Shown here: positions 37,461 to 47,655 of the stretch, one piece after another
Layout: each line of letters begins with the position of its first letter
Position numbering within the stretch: the first letter of the stretch is position 1
Source: Deltaproteobacteria bacterium
Lineage (GTDB): Bacteria; Desulfobacterota; Binatia; Binatales; Binataceae
DNA: 64,000 nt
Reading direction: 5' to 3'
Assembly (NCBI GenBank): GCA_003135135.1
Contig: PLDK01000030.1
Location: 2,006 to 66,005 of the forward strand
Position numbers and translations under genes: made by a program
The notes under the pieces: model-generated
Databases searched by the model: none
Told to the model about the DNA's origin: nothing
What the model saw: only the letters and a program-made list of their open reading frames with translations

Positions 37461-38774
37461 TCATGGGGCTTCGATTGGAGCGTTGTCGATTCGGCTCTGC
37501 TTCCAGACCTCGGGGAGGAACTCATGATAGCGGATGGCGCCGTCGCCAATCATGACGAAGACCGCCGGACCGCGCTGCTCGATCTTGCGGGCGGTGGTGC
37601 CGGGCAGGACCTTGTCGAGGATTCCCGAGTAGAGCCGATTGAAGTTATCGGCGCAGCCCGCATTGCGGAAGGTGAGCATCCAGAGCACGGTCATCGATTT
37701 TTCCTTTTGTAGCGCGACGATCCGATCGCCCGCCCACTTGGCAGCCGCCTCCACGTACGGTGTCTGCTCACCCATCGTGCGCTCGATCATGATCTTGAGC
37801 ATCAACTCGCCGAGCGTGTCCTCGTCGACCTTTTTCCAATCACGCAGAACCTTCTCGTAGCCGGCGAGCATGACGGTTTTGGCGGGAGTCGGATGGTCGA
37901 AGTAAAGCTCGGGATGCATGATCTGCTGGGTCGAGAGCGGCGGCCCCTTGAAGAGGGCATTCACGCCGTCCCAGCGTTTGCGATGGTAGGCTTCAGCGAC
38001 GAAACGGGCTCCCTCGGTGTACTGAAAAATGAAGGGGTAAGTCATCGCGCGCGGCTTGCCTTCCGTGCGACCCATAAATATAGGAACGATGTCCTGCAGA
38101 TGGGTGTCGAAGTAGTCGATCGTCTGGTCATCGACGCGCCCGGTCACCACTGAAAATCCCGACAGGGTAGCATCGCCCTCGACGATTGCCTTGTAGGCGA
38201 GTTCGTGGTCGGTATCGCCCTTGTACTTTTTTTGCGCGGCTTCGATGTCGAAATGCTGGTCCTGAAGAGCATGGGTCAGCTCGTGTCCCAGGGTGCCCGC
38301 GGTTTCAAGCTTCTTGAGCTTCGTCACGGTATTTCGATATCGCTCCGGCAGCGCAACCGCGATAGGCCGATCGATGACGACGATGTCCTTCTGGCGGGGG
38401 TCATAGAAGCCGGCTAGCTCGAGGGCCATATCGGCGAGGTCTTTGCGCTCAATTTTCATATCGGGCGGATAGAGACCGATCAGCTTGCCCTCTCCGACGC
38501 CGGCGTCGATTTCAGCCTGGCTCGTCTCCCGCGCGAACTCGGTTCTGAACCTGGATTCGGTCTCGGCGACGCTGAGATAGGACACGGGCACATTGGCGGT
38601 GAACTTGAGCCCGCGAATCTTCTCAACGCGAGCCTTCACCACCGCTGCCTCGCTGCCGCTCAACGCGCCGTCCTGCGCGGCAGCGAGCTTGCAGAAAAAT
38701 GCGACGACAACGCATGCGGATGCGATTATCGCGATGAACCGTCCAAGCCGGATTCCCCCCAAGATTTCGCCCAC
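37461..38774 (-). CDS. exported HExxH zinc-metallopeptidase-like protein
   Basis: Signal peptide; GFYDP, GHELTHALQDQHF, EGDA, PPLSTQQIMHP, WAGDR. Confidence 0.75.
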   Translation of the reverse strand: MGEILGGIRLGRFIAIIASACVVVAFFCKLAAAQDGALSGSEAAVVKARVEKIRGLKFTANVPVSYLSVAETESRFRTEFARETSQAEIDAGVGEGKLIGLYPPDMKIERKDLADMALELAGFYDPRQKDIVVIDRPIAVALPERYRNTVTKLKKLETAGTLGHELTHALQDQHFDIEAAQKKYKGDTDHELAYKAIVEGDATLSGFSVVTGRVDDQTIDYFDTHLQDIVPIFMGRTEGKPRAMTYPFIFQYTEGARFVAEAYHRKRWDGVNALFKGPPLSTQQIMHPELYFDHPTPAKTVMLAGYEKVLRDWKKVDEDTLGELMLKIMIERTMGEQTPYVEAAAKWAGDRIVALQKEKSMTVLWMLTFRNAGCADNFNRLYSGILDKVLPGTTARKIEQRGPAVFVMIGDGAIRYHEFLPEVWKQSRIDNAPIEAP

Positions 38775-39016
38775 TCCTCTTCGGCCACATCTGCTTAGCC
38801 GGGATTCCCATTTAAGGCAAACAGGCGGTCAAGAGGATTCAAAACCCGGGCGCCGTCGCAGGCTGACAGGTCCTGCGGCCTATCCGGGGCATTGGACAAC
38901 CTAGCTGGGAGAAATTGCAATTTAAGGTAACTCCAGCAATTATAGTGGTTGGATATGTTTAGGATTGGGAGCTAAACAAAACATCGGGGACCTAGGGGAC
39001 CCAAAGGAGCACTTAC

Positions 39017-39268
39017 TTGGAGATCGATAGAATCGTTGCAGACTTGAAGAAGGAAAGGGACCGGCTTATCAGTGCGATCACGGCTTTGGTAGGAGCGGGA
39101 TCGGCGGCTACCGGCCGAAGAGGCCGGCCCGCGGTTGCTAAGCCGGGCGCCACGAAAACAAAGAGACACGGCGGTATCACCAAAGAGGGCAGAAAGCGGC
39201 TGTCGGAGCTTATGAAGAAGCGGTGGGCCGAGCGCAGAAAGAAAGGACTAACGAAACTCAGTAAATAG
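39017..39268 (+). CDS. small basic coiled-coil protein with RGRP motif
   Basis: AAGGAG RBS before TTG; LKKERDRL, GRRGRP, GRKRLSELMKKRWAERR. Confidence 0.75.
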   Translation: MEIDRIVADLKKERDRLISAITALVGAGSAATGRRGRPAVAKPGATKTKRHGGITKEGRKRLSELMKKRWAERRKKGLTKLSK

Positions 39269-39340
39269 CGGTACGGATGGATCGCCATCGGTCTCGAGGG
39301 CGCGGTTGATTCGCGACCGTCGCGTCCGCACAATCTTCAG

Positions 39341-40021
39341 ATGGCGAAATCAGTACAGCACGCGTTTGATCTTGCGGCGGAGGACTACGACCGCACGCGG
39401 CGCCGGCTGGTGCCGGGATTCGACGACTTCTATCGCGCGGCGATCGATTTGATACGGTTTCCGCACGATAGCCAGCTCAAGGTTCTCGATCTCGGCGCCG
39501 GCACGGGCCTGTTGTCGGCGTTCATCGCGTACAGTTTCCCGCAGGCGCGAATCACGATGGTTGACATCTCGAGCGAGATGCTCGAGCGGGCGCGAGCGCG
39601 CTTCGAATTGGGCGGCGAGCGCTTCCGCTTCGAGGTCTCCGACTACGGGGTTGACCCGATCCAGGAAAAATACGACGCGGTGGTTTCGGCGCTCTCGATT
39701 CATCACCTGGGCGACGACGAAAAGCGCTCGTTGTTCAATCGAATCCACGGCGCGCTCAACGACGGCGGTGTATTCGTCAACGCCGAGCAGTTTCGCGGCG
39801 CGACTCCGGAGCGGGACCGGTTTCACCACGAGCGATGGATCACGCGGGTGCGCGAATTGGGGATGGATGATCGCGACCTGGGGGCGGCGCTCGACCGAAT
39901 GAAGTTCGATCGCGCTGCGACGCTCGAAGATCAGCTCGAATGGCTGCGCGAGGCGGGGTTCCGGGATATCGATTGCGCGTATAAGAATCTGATCTTCGCG
40001 GTTTACTGCGGCCTCAAGTAG
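39341..40021 (+). CDS. class I SAM-dependent methyltransferase
   Basis: VLDLGAGTG, VDISSEML, SALSIHHL. Confidence 0.9.
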   Translation: MAKSVQHAFDLAAEDYDRTRRRLVPGFDDFYRAAIDLIRFPHDSQLKVLDLGAGTGLLSAFIAYSFPQARITMVDISSEMLERARARFELGGERFRFEVSDYGVDPIQEKYDAVVSALSIHHLGDDEKRSLFNRIHGALNDGGVFVNAEQFRGATPERDRFHHERWITRVRELGMDDRDLGAALDRMKFDRAATLEDQLEWLREAGFRDIDCAYKNLIFAVYCGLK

Positions 40022-40140
40022 CGTAGAGCGGCGTCCGTCGGTGCTCGGCGGAAGATACCGCGGCGCCCGATCCTGTTTCCGCGTTGCGATGGTACAAAAG
40101 GATTTGCGATCTCGTGTAGTTGTAGTCAAGAGGAAATTTA

Positions 40141-41142
40141 ATGGCGCGCAAGCTATCAATCGGAATCAATTGGCAAGGCAAGCTCGACTTCAAGGAGACG
40201 ATCGAACGGGCAAAAATCGCGGACGCCGCGGGAATCCATTCGATCTGGGTGGCCGAAGCGTGGGGCCGCGACGCCTTCACGCTGCTCACGCTGCTCGCGG
40301 AGCACACCAGCAAGGTCCAGCTTGCGACTTCGATCGTGAATATCTACTCGCGCACGCCGGCCGCGCTCGCGCAGCATTTCGGCACGCTTGACGAGTTGAG
40401 CAACGGCCGCATGATCATCGGGCTGGGCACCAGCGGTCCGCAGGTGATCGAACATTTCCACGGTATTCCGTTCAATCCGCCGCTGACCCGAATGAAGGAG
40501 TACGTGGAAATTATCAACATGATAATGGCGCAGACGCCGCTCAACTACGAAGGCAAGCTGTTCAAGCTGCAGCGCGGTTTCACGATGCGCTTCGAGACCC
40601 CGCGCAAGCATATTCCGATCTGGATCGCCTCGCTCAACAAAAAGAGCGTCGAGTTCACGGCGAAGAAAGCCGACGGATGGCTGCCGGTGATGATCCCGAT
40701 TAACTCGCTGAAGAAAGCGATCGCGGATTTCCGCGCGATTGCGACGGCCGCCGGCCGCGAGCCGCGCGCGGTAGCCGTCAAAGCGCCCGGACATGTGACG
40801 GTGACGGCGAACGTCGATCGCGCGGTTGCAGGACATGCCGCCAACGTTGCGTTCTACGCCGCGCGCATGGGCACCTTCTATTCCGAGCAGCTCACGCGCT
40901 TTGGCTTCGGCGACGACGTGCAGAAGGTCAAACAGGCGTGGGATGCGGGCGGCTCAAAGGCGGCCACCGCGGCGCTATCGCCCAAGCTGCTGGGCGAGTT
41001 GGGTTATATCGGCGGAGTCGAAGGGGCGATCGAGCGGCTCAAGGCGCAGGAGGAAGCCGGCGTCGATCTGCATCCGGTGGAGATCGACGCGGGCGGCAAG
41101 CCGGGCGAGTTCGAGAAGACCGTCGCGCAGCTGCTCGGATGA
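40141..41142 (+). CDS. LLM-class flavin/F420-dependent oxidoreductase
   Basis: WVAEAWGRDAF, YSRTPA, GLGTSGPQVIE, ADGWLP. Confidence 0.9.
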   Translation: MARKLSIGINWQGKLDFKETIERAKIADAAGIHSIWVAEAWGRDAFTLLTLLAEHTSKVQLATSIVNIYSRTPAALAQHFGTLDELSNGRMIIGLGTSGPQVIEHFHGIPFNPPLTRMKEYVEIINMIMAQTPLNYEGKLFKLQRGFTMRFETPRKHIPIWIASLNKKSVEFTAKKADGWLPVMIPINSLKKAIADFRAIATAAGREPRAVAVKAPGHVTVTANVDRAVAGHAANVAFYAARMGTFYSEQLTRFGFGDDVQKVKQAWDAGGSKAATAALSPKLLGELGYIGGVEGAIERLKAQEEAGVDLHPVEIDAGGKPGEFEKTVAQLLG

Positions 41143-41271
41143 TCGTGCAGACGGGATTTGCCGATTCCCCGGCACAGGCGCTATATCGAGGCTGGATGTC
41201 GCGTCGCAATCGAGCGGCGCTCCGATCGTGCACTAGACGCGGCGTTTCGTAATTCGTGGGAATCGAACGCG

Positions 41272-41303
41272 CGAGAGGGTCCTCGTGGACCCTCTTCGTT
41301 TTT
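41272..41303 (+). terminator. intrinsic terminator
   Basis: agagggtcc/ggaccctct hairpin followed by a T-run. Confidence 0.6.
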
Positions 41304-41319
41304 GGAGAGAGACAGCTTG

Positions 41320-41784
41320 ATGAGAACGAGAATCCAGCTGGTCGCCTTCGCACTGCTGCTCGTAGCGGCCGCGTTGCCCGCCCCGGCGCGTGCGCAAGAC
41401 GCGGCGAAAGCGGACGGCATCAAGGTCGAAGTGACCGGCTTTCGAAACGACAAGGGGCAACTGGGATGCTCGCTGTGGCCGGGGCCCGAGGGATTTCCGC
41501 GCGACGACTCTCATATACTACGTCACATCTGGGCAAAGATTCAGGGCAAGCGCGGCGAGTGCGACTTCGGCGGAGTCCCGGCCGGCGACTACGCCGTCAC
41601 CCTTTTTCACGATGAGAACGGCAACGGCAAGTTCGATTCGAATTTCTTCGGCTACCCGCTCGAGGGCTACGGATTCTCAAACAACGCCAAGGCCCAGTTC
41701 AAAGCGCCGTCATTCGACGAGACGAAATTTCACTATGACGGCGCCGGCACGAAGCAGATTTCGGTACAAGTGATTTATCGATGA
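41320..41784 (+). CDS. DUF2141 family exported protein
   Basis: GDYAVTLFHDENGNGKFDSNFFGYPLEGYGFSNN. Confidence 0.85.
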   Translation: MRTRIQLVAFALLLVAAALPAPARAQDAAKADGIKVEVTGFRNDKGQLGCSLWPGPEGFPRDDSHILRHIWAKIQGKRGECDFGGVPAGDYAVTLFHDENGNGKFDSNFFGYPLEGYGFSNNAKAQFKAPSFDETKFHYDGAGTKQISVQVIYR

Positions 41785-42764
41785 TGAAGGCAGTAATCGT
41801 TGAAAAACCCGGCGATGAAAATGCGCTCAAAATCGGCGACGTTGCCGAGCCTGCGATCAAGCCCGACGAAATACTGATTCGCGTCCGCGCCGCCGGGGTG
41901 AATCGCGCGGACATTCTTCAGCGCCAGGGATTCTATCCGCCTCCGGCGGGCGCGTCGGAAATCCTCGGCCTGGAATGCGCCGGCGAGGTTGCCGCCGTCG
42001 GCGCTGCCGCGATCGGATGGAAAACCGGCGATCGCGCGATGGCATTGCTGCCGGGCGGCGGTTATGCGGAGAAAGCCGCGGTGCATTACGGATCCGCGAT
42101 GAAGATTCCCGCGGCGCTGAGTTTCGAGGAAGCTGCCGGGATCCCCGAGGTCTTTCTGACCGCGTTCCTGAACTTTTTTATGCTCGCCGGGATCAAGCGC
42201 GGCGAGACCGCTTTGATTCACGGTGGCGGCAGCGGCGTCGGCACCGCATCGATTCTATTGCTCAAGGAAGCGGGCGTGCGCGTGATCGTGACTGCGGGCG
42301 CGGATGAGAAATGCGCGCAATGCCTCAAGCTGGGCGCCGACGTCGCGATCAACTACAAGCGCGGGCCTTTCGCGTCGGCTGTGAAAGCCGCGACAGACGG
42401 GCGCGGCGTGGACGTGATCTTAGACAGCATCGGCGGCGCCTACCTGCCCGGGAATATCGAGTCGCTTGCCAAGGGCGGGCGGCTGGTCCTGATCGGCTTG
42501 ATGAACGGGACGCGCGCCGAGATCGATCTGGCCGCCGTTTTGCGCCGTCATCTGAAAATTTTCGGCTCGACTCTGCGCACACGCCCAGCCGCCGAGAAAG
42601 CGCAGATCGTCGCGGCGTTCCTCGGGAAATTCGGCGCGGCTCTCGATGCGGGGCGGTTGCGTCCGCCAATTTACAAGGCGATCCCGGCCGCGGACGCCCC
42701 GACGGCGCATCGCATGATGCAAGCGAGCGAGCACTTCGGGAAAATCATTCTCAAGTTCGACTGA
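41781..42764 (+). CDS. NAD(P)H-quinone oxidoreductase (PIG3/zeta-crystallin family)
   Basis: GVNRADILQRQG.YPPP, IHGGGSGVG, HFGKIIL. Confidence 0.9.
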   Translation: MMKAVIVEKPGDENALKIGDVAEPAIKPDEILIRVRAAGVNRADILQRQGFYPPPAGASEILGLECAGEVAAVGAAAIGWKTGDRAMALLPGGGYAEKAAVHYGSAMKIPAALSFEEAAGIPEVFLTAFLNFFMLAGIKRGETALIHGGGSGVGTASILLLKEAGVRVIVTAGADEKCAQCLKLGADVAINYKRGPFASAVKAATDGRGVDVILDSIGGAYLPGNIESLAKGGRLVLIGLMNGTRAEIDLAAVLRRHLKIFGSTLRTRPAAEKAQIVAAFLGKFGAALDAGRLRPPIYKAIPAADAPTAHRMMQASEHFGKIILKFD

Positions 42765-42889
42765 TCCTGGCGCTCGCAATTCAGTGCGGTCGGCTTCCTG
42801 AGCTGCTCGAGCGCCGCGGGAAGTGGCGCAATTGGCGAAACTGATGGGTGTTCGCGGGCGCCTTCTGGTAGGATTCGGGGCGAGATAGC

Positions 42890-43816
42890 GTGAACCGCAA
42901 ACCGATCAAACCCAACGCGCTCAAACCGGGCGATACAGTTGCGGTCGTCGCGCCCGCCGCGGCGATCGAACGGGAGCATCTCGAGCGCGGCGTCAACGTG
43001 CTCGCCTCGATGGGCTTTCGGGTCAAAGTTTCGCAGCGCGTGCTGGCGCGCTCGGGGATATTGGCCGGCGACGATCGCGAGCGGGCGAGCGAGCTTCAAG
43101 AATACTTTGCCGATCCCGAGGTCAAGGCGATCTTTTCGGCGCGCGGCGGTTACGGATGCGGGCGGCTACTGCCGCTGCTCGACTTCAAGGCGATGGCCCG
43201 CACGCCCAAAATCTTCGTCGGCTTCTCGGACGCAACCTTTATCTTAAACGCGCTGGTCGATTTCGCCGGCATGGTATCGTTTCACGGGCCGATGGTCGCG
43301 ATGGATTTTGCGCGAGGCTTGAGCCCGCGCGGGTTCGAGCACATGCAAGACCTGCTCAGCGGCAAGCTCGACGGCTTCGAGCTCGAGGCGCGCGAGGCGA
43401 TGCATCCCGGATGCGCACATGGCGAGGTTATCGGCGGCTGCCTGTCGGTGCTGGTCGCGACGATAGGCACACCGTATGAGCCGCGCTTCGACGGCCGAAT
43501 CCTGTTCCTCGAAGACACGGGTGAGAAAGCCTATCGAATCGACCGGATGCTCGTGCAGTTGCGCCAAACCGGCGCGCTCGGCCGAGTGGCGGGGATTGTT
43601 TTCGGCGCGATTCGCGCGATCGACGGAAACGAGCAGGAGACGCGGCTGATTGCGCGCTTCGCCGGCGAGCAGACCGCAGGGCTGGGATGCCCGGTGCTGT
43701 ATGGCGTCGAGGCCGGGCATGGCACCGAGAATTTTACGATTCCGTTCGGCGTGGCGGCTCGAATCGATTCGGCCGCGCGCCGCATCATCTTCACCGAGCC
43801 GGCCGTGACGCGGTAA
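42890..43816 (+). CDS. ldcA: S66 LD-carboxypeptidase
   Basis: ARGGYG, GFSD, LFLED, GH triad motifs; near mpl. Confidence 0.88.
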   Translation: MNRKPIKPNALKPGDTVAVVAPAAAIEREHLERGVNVLASMGFRVKVSQRVLARSGILAGDDRERASELQEYFADPEVKAIFSARGGYGCGRLLPLLDFKAMARTPKIFVGFSDATFILNALVDFAGMVSFHGPMVAMDFARGLSPRGFEHMQDLLSGKLDGFELEAREAMHPGCAHGEVIGGCLSVLVATIGTPYEPRFDGRILFLEDTGEKAYRIDRMLVQLRQTGALGRVAGIVFGAIRAIDGNEQETRLIARFAGEQTAGLGCPVLYGVEAGHGTENFTIPFGVAARIDSAARRIIFTEPAVTR

Positions 43817-43844
43817 CGGGCCAGGTTTTCCGGAGGATTAAGCG

Positions 43845-44975
43845 TTGGGATGGAGTGAGGTCGAGCAGGGGTTCAACGACGCGGTCGAGGAGCGGGTGAT
43901 TCCCGGTGCGACGGTCGTCGTGCGGCGCGGCGCGGAGATCGCGTTCGAGGGCGCATTCGGATTCAGATCGATCGAGCCGAGCCGCTCGCCGGCCAAAATC
44001 GAGACCGTCTATGACCTGTCGTCACTCACCAAGGCGCTGGCGACGACGGTCGCGGTGATGATGCTGGCGCGCGACGGCAAGTTTCGCCTCGACGATCGAG
44101 TGACGCGTTTTTTTCCGAACTTTGGCGTGCACGGCAAGACCACCGTCACGTTTCGGCATCTGCTGGCGCATTGCTCGGGCCTGGCGGCGTGGCGGCCGTT
44201 CTACCAGCGGATCGCGGAGATCGAAAAAAGCGGGCGGGTCAACTTCATGGCGAGCCACGGCGCCAAGGAGTTCGCTTACGAGGAGATTCATCGCGAAAAA
44301 CCCGAGGCCGCGCCCGCGAGCAAAACTATCTACTCGGATCTCGGATTCATCCTGCTGGGTGAGACGATCGAAAAGGTCGCCGGCGCCGCGCTCAACCGAT
44401 TCTGCCGCGAGAAAATCTTCCGCCCGTTGGGTCTGCGCGCCACTGATTATATAGACATCTCACTGGTCCGCTCGCGGCGGCTGGAGCCGGTCCCCGGCAT
44501 GTTCGCGCCGACCGAAATCTGTCCTTCGCGCAAGCGGCTGCTGGTCGGCGAAGTTGACGACGAAAACGCGTTTTCGATGGGTGGAGTGGCGGGTCATGCC
44601 GGACTGTTCGCGCCGGTGCGCGAGGTCGATCGCCTCGCGCGCGAGCTGATCGCGTGTTACGCCGGACGCTCGGATTTCGTGCCGCAAAAAATAATCCGCG
44701 AGTTCTGGACGCGCGACACGACCGTGCCCGGCTCGACATGGGCGCTCGGATGGGACACGCCGTCGGCGGAGCATTCCAGCTCGGGCCATCGCTTCTCGCC
44801 GGCGGCAGTGGGCCATCTTGGCTTCACCGGCACTTCGATCTGGATCGAGCCGGAAAGCGAAGTTGCGATCTCGATGCTGACCAACCGCGTTCATCCGCGC
44901 CGCGACAATCAGAAGATTCGCGAGTTCCGTCCCAAGATTCACGATTTGATCATGGATGCGCTTGATGGCGGCTGA
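43845..44975 (+). CDS. beta-lactamase-family serine hydrolase
   Basis: SSLTK (SxxK), YSD, GHAGLF, GHLGFTG. Confidence 0.85.
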   Translation: MGWSEVEQGFNDAVEERVIPGATVVVRRGAEIAFEGAFGFRSIEPSRSPAKIETVYDLSSLTKALATTVAVMMLARDGKFRLDDRVTRFFPNFGVHGKTTVTFRHLLAHCSGLAAWRPFYQRIAEIEKSGRVNFMASHGAKEFAYEEIHREKPEAAPASKTIYSDLGFILLGETIEKVAGAALNRFCREKIFRPLGLRATDYIDISLVRSRRLEPVPGMFAPTEICPSRKRLLVGEVDDENAFSMGGVAGHAGLFAPVREVDRLARELIACYAGRSDFVPQKIIREFWTRDTTVPGSTWALGWDTPSAEHSSSGHRFSPAAVGHLGFTGTSIWIEPESEVAISMLTNRVHPRRDNQKIREFRPKIHDLIMDALDGG

Positions 44976-46419
44976 ATCCGGCAGCGCGGCGCGGCTCGCG
45001 CGCATTCCAGTGCCGGCCCGGCGAGTGCATCTGATCGGAGTCGGGGGCACCGCGATGGCCGCGCTGGCCGGGATGCTGGTGGAGCGCGGCTTGTCGGTCA
45101 CAGGCTCCGACAAGCAGCTCTATGAGCCGACGGCGTCGCTGCTGAAAAATTCGCGGGTCGGATTGATGACGGGATTTTCGCCCGCGAACCTGTCGCCCGC
45201 GCCGGACCTGGTGGTGGTGGGCAATGCGATCGTGGCGAGCAATCCCGAAGCCGTGGCGCTGCTCGACTGCGCGATCCCGTATCTCTCGATGCCTGAAGCG
45301 CTGTGGCATTTTTTCCTGAAGGGCCGGCGCGTGCTGATGGTCGCGGGAACGCATGGCAAGACCACCTCGACCGCGATGATGGCGCACGTGCTGGAAGCGG
45401 CGGGGCGCGATCCCTCGATGCTGGTGGGCGGAGTGGCGAGCGATTTCGGATCGAACTACCGGCTTGGCCGGGGCGCCGATTTCGTGATCGAAGGCGACGA
45501 GTACGACACTGCGTTTTTCGACAAAGGACCGAAGTTTCTGCATTACCGGGCCAGTGGTGCGATTATTACGGCGGTCGAATTCGATCACGCCGATATCTAT
45601 CGCGATCTCGAGCATGTGAAATCGAGTTTCCGCGCGCTCGTCGAGCAGATGGATTCGTCGCGGGTGCTCGCGGTATGCGCCGACTTTCCGCACGCGCTCG
45701 AGGTCAGTGCGGCGGCGCGCGCGCGGCGGTTCACATACGGGCTGCGCGAGGGGGAATACCGCGCGACGGACATTACGGTGGGCGCCGACGGCGCGAGATT
45801 TTCGGTGACGCGCGGCGGCGGCCGAATCCAGGATTCAATCCATCTTCCGATCGGCGGCCGAATGAACGTCGCCAACGCGCTGGGCGTTTACGTGCTGCTG
45901 AGCGCGTATGGAGTCTCCGGCGACGAGATTGCCGGCGGGTTGCGCAGCTTCAAGGGCGTGGTGCGCCGGCAGCAGGTGATCGGAGAGGCGGCGGGAGTGA
46001 CGGTGGTCGATGACTTTGCGCATCATCCGACCGCGATCGGCGTCACGCTCGAGGCGATTGCCGAACGGTTCCCGGGCCGGCGGATACTTGCGGCGTTCGA
46101 GCCGCGCTCGAATACGGCGCGGCGCAACGTTTTTCAACAGGCGTTCGCGGCCGCATTCGATCGAGCGTCGCGCGTCTATCTGGGTCCGGTCTATTTCAAG
46201 GAAAACGATCCGATCGCGCCGGGCGAGCGGTTGGAAACAGGCGCGCTCGCCAGTGCGATCAGTGCGCGTGGACCTCATGCGATTGCATGCGCGTCGAACG
46301 ATCAGATCCTCGAGCGGATGCTCTCCGACGCGCGCGCGGACGACGTGGCGTTGTTCATGTCGAACGGGCCGTTCGATGGATTGAAGGAACGATTCCTGGC
46401 GGGGTTGAAGGCTCGGTAG
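44965..46419 (+). CDS. mpl: murein tripeptide ligase Mpl
   Basis: IGVGGTAM, GTHGKTT, EGDEYDTAFFDK, EFDHADIY, DDFAHHP, EPRSNT. Confidence 0.9.
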   Translation: MAAESGSAARLARIPVPARRVHLIGVGGTAMAALAGMLVERGLSVTGSDKQLYEPTASLLKNSRVGLMTGFSPANLSPAPDLVVVGNAIVASNPEAVALLDCAIPYLSMPEALWHFFLKGRRVLMVAGTHGKTTSTAMMAHVLEAAGRDPSMLVGGVASDFGSNYRLGRGADFVIEGDEYDTAFFDKGPKFLHYRASGAIITAVEFDHADIYRDLEHVKSSFRALVEQMDSSRVLAVCADFPHALEVSAAARARRFTYGLREGEYRATDITVGADGARFSVTRGGGRIQDSIHLPIGGRMNVANALGVYVLLSAYGVSGDEIAGGLRSFKGVVRRQQVIGEAAGVTVVDDFAHHPTAIGVTLEAIAERFPGRRILAAFEPRSNTARRNVFQQAFAAAFDRASRVYLGPVYFKENDPIAPGERLETGALASAISARGPHAIACASNDQILERMLSDARADDVALFMSNGPFDGLKERFLAGLKAR

Positions 46420-46516
46420 CAGGGTGCCGATCACCAGACCCTCACCTACCTCGGTGTGCTCGGCCTCCTCTGCCGTGAAATAAGCCGCGAGGCAATCCCA
46501 GAAGGGGAACAATCCC

Positions 46517-47524
46517 CTAATAGCCGAGGTTGGGATCGACCAGGTTCAGCAGCGGGCGATTCGCGGCGAACCTTTTCAGATTCTCCGCGAACAGTTGGCA
46601 TGCCTTGTCCATGTAACCGCGATTGGCGCCGGAAATGTGCGGCGTCAGGATGACATTTTCCAGATCCCAAAGCGGGCTTTGGGCTTCGAGCGGTTCATGC
46701 TCGAACACGTCGAGGCCGGCGCCGCCAATCTTTCCCGCAGTCAACGCCGTGGCCATCGCGCGCTCGTCGATCACTTCGCCGCGCCCGATATTTACCAGGT
46801 ACGCGCCGGGCTTCATCGCGGCGAATTCCCGCTCGCCGATGAACTTGCGCGTGTGGTCGGTGAGCGGGAGAGTGACGGACACGTAATCGCTGTCGCGGAG
46901 GATCGCTTCGCGTTCGCCGGGACCGAAGAAGCGTGCGGGAAGCTTGCCTTCGGGATCGCCGAGCTCGGCGGGACACCATCCGGGATCGGCGCGCTCGGCC
47001 GGGTTGCGCTTGAGCGCAAGCACGGTCATCCCAAATGCGGCCGCGAGCCGCGCGGTTTCCCTGCCAATCGATCCGTAGCCGATGATGCCAAGAGTCCGCC
47101 CACGGATTTCGTCCACGCTCGCCATGAAAGCGCCCGAGCGCATCCACTCGCGGCGAATCTGCGCCCGAATCGCGAGATGAATCCGATGCGTATACGCGAG
47201 CATCGAGGCTATCGTGTATTCCCCGATCGGGGTCGCATGAATTCCGCTCGCGGTGGTGACCGGAATCGCGATCCCCTTGAGCGGTCCGCCTAGCGCGTGG
47301 TCCGCGCCCGCGCTGAGCAGTTGAATCCATTTGAGGCCGGGCGCCCGATTCGCGATGTCATTAGGCACGCGAAAGGCGAGCAGCACGTCGCATCCGCCAC
47401 TGACGAAGTCACCGGCTTCCTCGATGGTTCGGCACTGGCGATCGGCCAATTCGGCTCCCGGCACCGCGCTGGTAATTGCGGCGCGATGCGCGGGTTGCAG
47501 CGCAACCGTGGATATTATTTTCAT
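46517..47524 (-). CDS. D-2-hydroxyacid dehydrogenase
   Basis: GYGSIG, NIGRG, DVFEHEP, TPH. Confidence 0.9.
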   Translation of the reverse strand: MKIISTVALQPAHRAAITSAVPGAELADRQCRTIEEAGDFVSGGCDVLLAFRVPNDIANRAPGLKWIQLLSAGADHALGGPLKGIAIPVTTASGIHATPIGEYTIASMLAYTHRIHLAIRAQIRREWMRSGAFMASVDEIRGRTLGIIGYGSIGRETARLAAAFGMTVLALKRNPAERADPGWCPAELGDPEGKLPARFFGPGEREAILRDSDYVSVTLPLTDHTRKFIGEREFAAMKPGAYLVNIGRGEVIDERAMATALTAGKIGGAGLDVFEHEPLEAQSPLWDLENVILTPHISGANRGYMDKACQLFAENLKRFAANRPLLNLVDPNLGY

Positions 47525-47655
47525 GAACGCCAGCAAAACTCTCGCATGGGTTCGCGCGCCCTTCAAGGAGAAATCGTGCAGGTTGAGCAGATCGCGTGGC
47601 GGGCTTATATTTGCAGAGTTCCTGCATCACTGGATCGATCGCCGAGCGCATTGAA

